64,000 nt of DNA from Octopus vulgaris (lineage: Eukaryota): positions 15,872,001 to 15,936,000 of the forward strand of contig OX597839.1 of the NCBI GenBank assembly GCA_951406725.2. The letters are read 5' to 3'. Position numbers and translations under genes: made by a program. The first letter of the stretch is position 1. Every line of letters starts with the position of its first letter. This document shows, piece after piece, positions 53,412 through 64,000 of the stretch. The notes below the pieces were generated by a model. The model did not search any database, was not told the origin of the DNA, and worked only from the letters and a program-made list of their open reading frames with translations.

Positions 53412-53617
53412 ATGTGTACCAGTTTGCTGTATGTTCTTTTAGTGGCAAGATAAACGTGACAGTCAATTTGAACTTGTGCTGTCGTATTTCTTGACATTCT
53501 TCATCATGACTCATTTGAAACCAGAAGACTATAAAATTACCAGGGCCTTAGCTACATTCTCCCTTATTCATCACCTCACTTAAATGTAATAAAAGTAATA
53601 ATAATAGTGTAATAAGC

Positions 53618-53661
<44 letters not shown>

Positions 53662-55292
53662 CAGTGATGACATCGGGATGGAGTTTGGGCTTGAGAAGTG
53701 TGCCAAGGCCACTTTCCAGAAAGGGAAAGTGAAGACCACAAATTCAGTCGTGTTAGATGTTGACACAGTCATAAGAGAGTTTGAGCAAGAACAAACATAC
53801 AAATATTTAGGGATAAATGAAGGCTCTGGTATTCAGCATGCAAGCATGAAAGAGAAGATCAGGAAGGAATGTTATAGGAGAGTTCGTGCAGTCCTGAAAT
53901 CTGAACTAAATGCACGTAACAAGGTGTTAGCTATAAATTCCTTAGCAGTTCCAGTTGTTACTTATAGCTACAATGAGTGAAGTAAAGAATATAGATAGGA
54001 AAATACGCAAGCTGCTGAGTTGTAATAGGATGCACCACTCAAAGGCAGACGTAGATTGCCTTTACCTTCCCAGAGCCCAATGAGGTCGAGGCCTGATCTA
54101 ATTTAAACTAGCTTACAAAACAACCACAATTGGACTGGCCAAATATCTTGAAATAATGAATGACTGGATGCTAAAGCTCGTGGAAAATCACGAGATGAAA
54201 GAAGCTTCATTCTATCATAAAGGAAAGCAAAAAATTTGCTATTGATCTCATGCAGGATACCCAAACTGAACAACCCGAGGGAAGTACGGCAACTATTGTT
54301 GCAAAGAAGGTGAAAATAATGGCAACGAAAAAAGCGCACGAGCAATTGGCTGATAGGTGGGAGGAGAAACCTCTGCACGGCAAATATGTGGCCTGTAGCA
54401 AACAAGCTGATGTTGGCCAGAAGCAAACCTATCAGTGGCTACAGAGCTCAGGGCTAAAAGCAGAGAGTGAAGGTTTCATCCTGGCTGCTCAAGATCAAAG
54501 CCTGTTAACCCGGAACTACCAGGCCAATGTGATGAAAAATGGAGCAGACCCAAAATGCCGATTCTGCAACGACATGATTGAAACAGTGGACCACCTAATC
54601 TCTGGATGTAGTCTTAACACCAGTGGAGTATAAATTAAGACATGACAGAGTTGGCCAATATCTACACTGGCTAATAAGTCGGCATTACAATATCAAAACT
54701 GCCGACAAGTGGTAATCACCACCCTGAAGCTGTAACTGAAGGAGAAAATGTAACGATTCTGTGGGACTTTCCAGTACATACAGACCGAACCATCAAAGCC
54801 AATAAACCAGATATTGTTGTGAAAGACCAAAACAATAAAGTTTGCTTATTGATCGACATGAACATCCCCTGTGGTCATAATATCTCAGCGAAAGAGTTTG
54901 ACAAGCTCAGAAAATATAAAGACCTGCTCATTGAAATCGAGAAAATGTGGCATTTCAAGGCGGTTACAATACCAGTGATTGTAGGAGCACTAGGAATGAT
55001 CAAGAAGGGAACCGAAAATTATATGAGAATGATCCCTGGCTTACCATCCCTGCAAGATTGTCTTAACTGGTACATCACACGTATTGAGAAGAGCACTGTC
55101 GACGTGAGAACTATTACTACCCATGTATTTTAATTTAACTTTAAAAAAAATTTTTAAAATTAAAAAATGAACAAACTAGTGAGTTTAGTTTAATGGCCTA
55201 CCAATGTATACTACGAGTTTCTTTGCCCTAGGAGTCGGGAAGACACTCGGCAAGAAATGGAAGCAAATTTGAAAGAAGAAGAAAAAAAAAGA
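53662..55292 (+). mobile_element. 5'-truncated, frameshifted R4/Dong-type LINE inserted in (TAA)n
   Basis: DIGMEFGLEKCA, YKYLG, LKSELNARNK, LKAESEGFILAAQDQ, CRFC..ETVDHLISGC, RHD, KPDI, LID, KYKDL, PVIVGALG; (TAA)n on both flanks. Confidence 0.9.
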
Positions 55293-55730
55293 TAATAATA
55301 ATAATAATAATAAAGCTTTCTACTATAGGCACAAGGCTTAAAATTTTGAAGGAGGGGACCAGTTGATTACATCGACCCTAGTGTTTCACTGATACTTAAT
55401 TTATCGACCTTGGAAAGGATGAGAGGTAAAGTTAACCTCAGTGGAATTTGAACCCAGAATGTAAAGATGGGTGAAGTGCCGCTAGCATTTTACCCAGCAT
55501 TCTAAAGATTCAGCCAGCTCGCAGCCTTCATGGTAATAATAATCCTTTCTACTATTGGCACAAGGCCTGGAATTTGGTGTAGGGGAATAGTTGATTACAT
55601 CAATCCCTCCCCTCCCCAAGGATAGAAGGCAAAGTTGACCTCAGCAGAATTTGAACTCAGAAAGTAAAGACAGACAAAATGCCATTAAGCATTTCATCCA
55701 GCATGCTAACGATTCTGCCAGCTTGCCACC

Positions 55731-56390
<660 letters not shown>

Positions 56391-56635
56391 AATAATAATA
56401 ATAATAATAATAATAATAAGGTAATATAAATATAATGTTCAACTGTTTTGGTGCATGACTTTTGGACCACCCTGTATTTAACATATAAGGTGCATTTCTC
56501 CCACCAAAATGTCTCAAAAATATCACCCTGGGTCCTTACATGTAAATTTGCACCTATATTACATGCTTTAATTCACTAAAAATGTTTAATTCATGAATAT
56601 GTGCAACTGAAATTAGTGTACATCTAATATGCTCA

Positions 56636-56996
56636 GATATGACTGTGTGGTAACAAGCTTGCTTCCCAATCACATGGTTCCAGGTTCAGTCCCCACTGCA
56701 TGGTACCTTGGGCAAGTGTCTTCTACTACAACTGACCAAAGCCTTGTGAGTGGAATTGGTAGATGGAAATTGAAAGAAGCTCATCCTGTGTGTGTGTCTT
56801 CATGTCTGCGTTTGTCCCCCCCACCACCACCACTGCTTCACAACCAGTGTTGGTGGGTTTATGCTCCCATAACTTAGCTGTTTGGCAAAAGAGACCAAAA
56901 AAAAAAAAAAAGTAATAGAGTTGATTCATTCAACTAAAAATTCTTCAAGGCAGTGCCCCAGCATGGCCACAGCCTAATTGCTGAAACAGGTAAAAA
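56636..56996 (+). mobile_element. Old CORE-like tRNA SINE
   Basis: Decayed match to 18797-19290. Confidence 0.75.
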
Positions 56997-57087
56997 AAAT
57001 ATATTTTTTATGTCATCAAGCATTTTGAGGGTGATCAACAGAATTATCAGTGCTTTGGACAAAATATATGGTAGTATATATTTACAA

Positions 57088-57390
57088 GTGGAGGCACATG
57101 GCTTAGTGGTTAGAGATACAGACTCACGGTCGAGGGATAGCGGGTTCGAATCTCAGACCGGGCGATGTGTGTGTTTATGAGCAAAACACCTAAGCTCCAC
57201 GCAGCTCTGGCAGAAGGTAATGGCAAACTTCTGTTGACTCTCTCACCACAACTTTCTCTCACTCTTTCCTCCTGCAGCTTGCAGCTCACCTGCAACAGAC
57301 AGATGTCTCGTCCAGATGGGAAACCTATACATCGAGGAAACCAGGAAACTGGCCCTTATGAGCCGGGCAAGTGGCTCGAGAAGGAACAAT
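57088..57390 (+). mobile_element. tRNA-derived SINE (third-family body, tail shared with 48860-48960)
   Basis: TGGCTTAGTGG A box, GGTTCGAATC B box, tail CCCTTATGAGC..GGCTCGAGAAGGAA. Confidence 0.75.
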
Positions 57391-57567
57391 CAAAAACAAA
57401 ACATATTTTACAACCTTTTATATTCCAAGTTCTGTTGCAACTAAAGTCAACTTTACTTTCCATCCTTCAGGGGTTGATAAAATATAGCACCAATCAAATA
57501 CTTGTAGGGTCAGTTTGATATTCATATAAAATACCATGGAACAGAATTATAATACAATTATAATTTA

Positions 57568-58249
57568 CCAGTGGGACCCGTGAATATTTCACAGAATTGA
57601 TGGTAAACTTATTGGGTTATTTCTGAAAACTTTTTCCCCCAAAACCTGAAAGTGTAGCTTGTGTTATGTCAGCATCAAAAGATAATTATTGCACATCTTC
57701 TAATCATTGAAAAGTGAAGGAAATTGGAATATGAGGATTACTTAATGCACTTTATGTATACATTTTATATACTTCATGCACAATTTTATAGACATAATAC
57801 TCAGCACTTTCCCTCTTTCTCTCTCACTCTTCGCTTTACCCTCTTTTTCTCTCTCCTGTTTCTTTTGCTCTTTGCCTTTCCCTTCAACTAATCATGTGAA
57901 AGCGTTACAGATGGACCAAATAACGGAGAAAAAAGCTTGATTACACATTTCACTCACCACCATCTCCCTCCTCCTCTCCCCCTTTAACTAATCACATGGA
58001 AGCATTATGGACAGGCTAAGTAATGGAGGAACAAACAGTATTATAAGATTATAATTCTATTATTATAATTTATTATAATTCTACTATAATTTATTATAAT
58101 TCTATTATAATTTACTATAATTCTATTATTATAATTTATTATAATTCTATTATGATTTACTATAATTCTATTATTATAATTTATTATAATTCTATTATGA
58201 TTTACTATAATTCTATTATAATTTATTATAATTCTATTATAGTAGAAGA
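57568..58249 (-). mobile_element. Old non-autonomous Helitron containing an AT-rich minisatellite (58040-58242)
   Basis: Minus strand 5' A|TCTTCTACTATAATAG, hairpin CCCGTGAA-TAT-TTCACAG (57577-57594), 3' CTGG|T. Confidence 0.55.
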
Positions 58250-58469
58250 TTCAAATGATAAACTAAAATAAAATGGAAGGCCAGTACATAGAAACTCAAA
58301 ATACTTTATGGTATTTAACTATAGCCCTTTGCTTTCTATAGTTCTGTAGAAGACACTTGTTCAAAGTGCCTTGCGGTGGGATTGAACCTAGAAATGTGTG
58401 GTTGCAAACTAAACTTCATAATCACATATCCATGCTGGTATTCATGAGTTAGTAGTAAAGGTTTCAAAT

Positions 58470-59290
58470 TTTAGCACAAGGCCGGCAATTTCTTTTTTTG
58501 TGTGATTACAAAGATGCCAGTGCTCAAATGGTACATATTTTATCAACCCTGAAAGAATGAAAGGTAAAGTCGACCTGGGTGGTATTTGAACGTAAAGCCA
58601 GACAAAATGTCACAATGCATTTTGTCTAGCATGCTAATGATTCTAACACTAACAATCCTTTCTACTAAAAGCACAAGGCCTGAAATTCGGTCGGAGGGAA
58701 TTAGTCGATTACATCGACCCCAGTGTCTCGCTGGTACTTAATTTATTGACACCCGAAAGGATGAAAGGCAAAGTCAACCTCAGTGGAATTTGAAATTTTG
58801 TCAATAATAATAACAATAATAAAAACCCTTTCTACTATAGAAACAAGGCCTGAATTTTGGGGTGGCGAGACAAGTCATTTACATTGACCCCAGTGCTTGA
58901 CTAGTACTTATTCTATCGAACCTGAAAGAATGAAAGGCAAAGTCGACCTCAGCGGAATTTGAATTCAAAACATAAAGACAGACAAAATATTTTGCAAAGC
59001 ATTTTGCCAAGTGTGCTAACAATTCCACCAATAACAATAACCATAATAAGGATTTTTTTACATAGGCACAAAGCCAAAAATTTTAATATTGGGGCAGGGG
59101 TGGTTATAAAAACCTCAAGTGCTTAAAGGGGGTGATTATATCAACTCCAGGCTGGTTCTTATTTTATTGGTCCTGAAAAGATGAAAGGCAAACTTGACCT
59201 TGGTGGAATTTGAACCGGGAACATAAAAGGCAGCCACTTAAAATACTCCCAAGTCCAACACTCTCTAAACATTCTACCAATCCGATACCC
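58470..59290 (-). mobile_element. Cluster of four old Meta-like SINE copies
   Basis: Repeated GAAAGRATGAAAGGYAAA core. Confidence 0.7.
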
Positions 59291-59442
59291 AATAATAATA
59301 ATAATAATGAGATGATAATAATGATGATGATGATTTCTTGCAGAGTCCCAAGACCCAATATTTACACAGAATAAGCAGGAAATGAAGATTGTGTTGCATG
59401 CACATCTCTCTAGAGGGAATTACTGATATGTGTGTGTGTATT

Positions 59443-59483
<41 letters not shown>

Positions 59484-59522
59484 TTATATATATATATGTG
59501 TGTGTGTGTGAGTGTGTGTATT

Positions 59523-59576
<54 letters not shown>

Positions 59577-59918
59577 CATATGTATATATATATATATGTG
59601 TGTGTGTGTATATGTATGTGTGTGTATATATGTATGTGTGTATGCATGTATATATGTATGTATGTATGTATATATACACACATCTTCCCCACCAGTATGA
59701 AAGGAAATAAAAAAAACACTCTCAAACTAAACTATGTTCTTGGATTTAAGGATTAAAAAATGTGTTCCATTTTTTTCTCTCCCTTTCTCTTTAAACGTGT
59801 AGCACCAGACTACATGTCTTACAGCATTTGGTTTCAACTCTTTATGTTCTGAGTTTGAACACCACCATGGATAACTTCAGTTTTTATTCTTCTAGTGATT
59901 AATAAGAGTTTGGATTAA

Positions 59919-60438
59919 CCCCTTGACAACGGTTGACTCAAATATACGATCACACTTTTGCTTGCCTACCCGCGGTTAACGTAAATATACGATGTAGAGC
60001 TGCCCTACATCTATCACGGACTTTTTAGTGACTGACGTACGTTTACGTTCACTATCGTGTACTTTATATCTTGAGGTGCGCGCACTCGCCGTCCCATGCA
60101 TTATCTTAGCCAATTTGAGTTCCGTTCAAGTTATGAGACGAGCAGCGGACCAACGACATGCGGGTTCTTTACATGCATAAATACCGTGTTTTGAGTTGTA
60201 CCACACAAGCTATCTTTTGAACTTGAGCAGAATAACTCGTGCATATCATATCATGATAAATAGCTTCACGTACTTCGTTTTCGTAAACCGGTTGACGTAA
60301 ATGCACGACGCTATGTTATTGTAACGGTGAACGTAAATAGACGCGAGCTCGTTGGCACTCGTGTGTTTGTGTGGCCTCATTAGATGAAAAAACCAGAGCA
60401 GTGTCTCGCATGCTTCGGGTAATACTGTCGTCAAGAGG
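59919..60438. mobile_element. piggyBac-type MITE, CpG-rich
   Basis: TTAA TSD on both sides; TIRs CCCCTTGACAACGG / CTGTCGTCAAGAGG; internal CGGTTRACGTAAATATACG-like repeats. Confidence 0.82.
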
Positions 60439-60442
60439 TTAA

Positions 60443-60648
60443 CCCTTTTGTTACCATATTTCTGTTGAGATGCTCTGTGTTTCTTTCAGTTAATTTAAAA
60501 TAAAACAAAGAATTTAATAAAATAACTTGGTTATCATTCAGCTAGTGTTAGGAACATAAATTGTGACTAAGGTTTGGTGGAAGATATTAATTAAGACATT
60601 TGTATCACAGAGCCAGAGGCGGTTTCAGCCGGGTTGGTGTCAAAAGGG
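60443..60648. mobile_element. Second piggyBac-type MITE sharing the TTAA at 60439-60442
   Basis: TIRs CCCTTTTGTTACCA / TGGTGTCAAAAGGG; right TSD lost. Confidence 0.7.
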
Positions 60649-61448
60649 AGACAAAATTTGAATGGTAAAGGCATAGGTGAGTATGTAGTCAGTAAGCTTG
60701 TTTTGCAACTAGCAGGGTTTTGGGTTTTAGTCCCACTGCACAACATCTTGGCCAGGTGTCTTCTGCTATAGCCCTGGGTCAATCAATGCTTTGTAAGTGA
60801 ATTTGAGAAAGCCTGTTGTATATATACATGTGCGTGTGTGTGTGTGTGTGTCTTTGTGTTTGTCCTCATCACTGTTTGATAATTATGTAGGTTTGTTTAC
60901 ATTCCCATAACTTAGAGGTTCATCATACACACACACACACACAGACACACACACACATACACATACACACACACATAAAATATAAATGAATAACAGTAGA
61001 GGTAAAGGTGTCAATCCATTATGGCTGTTTCTAATGACTCCTGTAATTGATTAATGAAAACATTACACCATTGTAAGGAAACCGTTTTTCATCAGATGAA
61101 TTCATGAACTTCAACAAAAAAATGGACATTTCAAATGATTTAACATAGTTTAAAATCTGCAGAACAAAAACCATTTACAGTGATTCAGTTGACAGAATGG
61201 ATTTACCGGAATAGTGAATATTTGATCAGAACAGAGAAATTTAGAGGTTAGAGTTTTTAGGAGGGAGAAGGAATGATTGGACAGTCTATTTCATATAAGT
61301 CTGAATAGTCCAAGAGTGGATTTCTTTACTCAGTTGGCCCTAATTGTCTACATACACTGCAAGAATATCATTCAGTCAGTACTTATGTACCAAGTTTGAT
61401 ATTTACATAATATTGTTGTGTGTGTATATATATATATTATATATATAT

Positions 61449-61711
61449 ATCAGTAATTGTAATATGTGACAATTATTCGGTAGCCATGATAAAACTCGAA
61501 GTTTCTGATGTCGGGTTGGAAACCCATGCCGCTATCTCTTGAGTTATCCGGCCATCGGAAAAAATGCTATGAAAATGATGGTCATTTTCATAGCATTTTT
61601 TCCGATGGCCGGATAACTCAAGAGATGGTAGCATGGATTTCCAACCCGACATCAGAAACTTCGAGTTTTATCATGGCTACCGAATAATTGTCACATATTA
61701 CATTTACAGAT
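61449..61711. repeat. Near-perfect 263-bp palindrome (130-bp arms, 3-nt spacer)
   Basis: Centre ATGA-TGG-TCAT at 61575-61585; only a few mismatches; the right arm continues to ~61745. Confidence 0.93.
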
Positions 61712-61792
61712 AAATTCCTCTATTTACATAATATCGAGGTCTCATTCTTTTGTGGTTATACATACTATTATTATTATTATTATTATTGTCAT

Positions 61793-61826
<34 letters not shown>

Positions 61827-61853
61827 ATTGTGTGTATGAATGTGTGTATAGAT

Positions 61854-63255
61854 ATCATCATCATCATTTAATGTCCGTTGTCCATGCTGGCATCAATTGA
61901 ACGGTTTGACCAGAGCTGGTAAGCTGAGGGACTACACCAGACTCCAGTCTGTTTTGGCATGGTTTCTACAGCTGGATGCCCTTCCTAACTCCAACCACTC
62001 CGAGAGTGTAATGGGTGCTTTTACATGCCACCAACAAGGGTGTCAGTTTGCATTACACCAGTACCTGTCACGACTATGATTTCACTTGGCTTCATGGGTC
62101 CTCTTCTCAAGCACATCATTTGTCATTGCCTCCTTGAGACCCAGCATTCAGAAGGTGCTTTTTACATGCCAGCAGCATGGCTGCTAGTTACGTGACATCA
62201 GCATCACGTTGTCTCTGTGAGGTCCAGTGCTCGAAAGATGCTTTCTACGTGCCACCAGCACAGGTGCCAGTTACATGGCAATGACCACAGCTTTCACAGG
62301 TGCCAATGACCACAGCTATCACAGATGCTTTCACAGGTGGTAATGATCGTGACTATGATTTCACTTGGCTTGATGAGTCTTCGCATGCATGGCATATTAT
62401 AACCAAAGGTCTTGGTCACTAGTCATTGCCTTTGTGAGGCCCAACATTTGAAGATCATGCATCACCTTATTCCATGTCTTCCTGGGTCTCTCTCTTCCAC
62501 AGCTTCCTTCCACTGGTAGAGATCAGAACTTCTTCACACAACTGTCCACATCCATACACATCACATGACTGTACCAACACAGTCATCTCTCTTGTACACC
62601 ACATCTGATGCCAGCTTTTCTTTCAAGATGCTTACACTCTGTCGCACGTGCACACTAACATTACACATCCAGCAAAGCATACCAGCTTCATTTCTTTCAA
62701 GCCTATGCATGTCCTCAGCAGTCACAGCCCATGTTCCACTGCCACATAACATGGCTGTTCATACATAGGCATCTTACAACTTGCCTTTCACTCCGAGGGA
62801 GGGGCCCTTTGTTACCAACAGAGGTAGGAGCTCTCTGAATTTTGCCCAACCTATTATACTCTCAGCTACTGATTTGGTCGCCTAGGTAACGGAAGCTGTC
62901 AACTACTTCCAGTTTTCCTCCCTGGCATTTGATGGAGTCCCTTTTCAGAACATTTATAGTGTTGATTGTACCTCTGCATCTACCAAACACAAAAACTTTT
63001 TCCCTTGCTAACCTTCTTGTGATATTGCTGCAACAAATTCCATAAGATGAACCCAGTGTACACTGGGTACATCTTATGGAATTTTTACCTACGCCTTTCT
63101 GACAGAACAAGCAGGGCCATCCACTTGAAGGGATTTGTGATTTATCTGCTTTCCTACTTATTAAGACTTTGGTTTTTACTAAGTTAACTCTAAGGCCCTT
63201 TGGTTCTAGACCTTACTTCCACACCTCAAATTTCTTCTCTAGTTCTGGTAGTGAT
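61854..63255 (-). mobile_element. Decayed 5'-truncated RTE LINE (zinc-finger-like insert, RT C-terminus, 3' UTR, tail)
   Basis: CQKGVGKNSIRCTQC, GKLEVVDSFRYLGDQIS, GTWAVTAEDMHRLERNEAGML; (CAT)n at 61854. Confidence 0.88.
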
Positions 63256-64000
63256 CATATGTAAATGTATATATCTATATCTATATATATATAAAAATAG
63301 GAACGTGATCCTATTCTTAATAATTTATTTACTGACTATATTATACCTGCAGCGGCAGCGGCAATACACATAAGTTTGGAATGACAACAAGATTTCTTTT
63401 TAAGATATATACATTATTTATTTTACATATTTTACAATCATGTGGATTCTAAGAGTTCGTAAGCGTTAGCATGTTTTTGTGTCTGTGTGTTCGTTAGGCG
63501 TAAAAAGGTACTGACCAGTGAAATGACGATGGGATTTGATTCACAGTTCATGTTGTTGGTATCGGCCTGGCAACAGGTAATAACAGATGGCTTAAGGTAG
63601 TTCTTAGAAGAAACTAGAACCCAAGAACAGATAATTGATTTACCGTTTATGAGGTACAGCGTGAGAGTTCTATATCAAGGTTGCGTCTCGTAGTGTAGAT
63701 TAATTGAATCACTCGTTGTGTTTATCTTTCTCTTGATATGAATATACTTCCAGACATGTTGACTGTAGCCGTTTTTTCCGTGGCGAGAATTTCACCTAAC
63801 CGCTATAGCTGAATCTGTAGTTGTCTCGTGTACAAATTAAATCTTCGATGTTTGTCGATTGGTTCTTGCTGCTTCTTCATTATTTTCTGCTTGGTTATTT
63901 TTCTCTAGTTATAGATATCTTGTAACCGTTTTCATGGTGATATTTCACACTAACAGTATGAGAGGTATCTGTAACATCTTGTATTAATGGTGGTCGCCTG

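Noticed and set aside
61595-61680. Hammerhead within the 61.5-kb palindrome (CCGAUGG..GAAAC)
   Set aside because: Two core mismatches, and the segment pairs as a simple hairpin instead.

Overview
AT-rich eukaryotic DNA dominated by repeats, with no host protein-coding exon I can confidently identify; it is probably intronic or intergenic. The repeat families and the very dense microsatellites resemble an octopus/coleoid cephalopod genome (inference, no search run). Real coding signal comes only from transposon remnants: RTE-clade LINEs, two R4/Dong-type RLE LINEs in (TAA)n, a CR1-group LINE, mariner transposases, a CGGBP1-like hAT, and a 4.9-kb Helitron. There are also non-autonomous Helitrons, hAT and piggyBac MITEs, and many tRNA-derived SINEs. 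Most ORFs in the track are microsatellite artefacts. The most notable signal is a set of short fold-back elements carrying Penelope-type hammerhead ribozyme motifs. One looks intact (17469-17554, minus). One is fused to a tRNA-derived Pol III head (53043-53411). Two diverged families share an N-terminal peptide downstream of the ribozyme. Also of note: a tandemly repeated H-type pseudoknot in the RTE 3' UTR, SINE multimers with fixed junctions that inserted into older SINE copies at the same site, and a templated-insertion repair scar.
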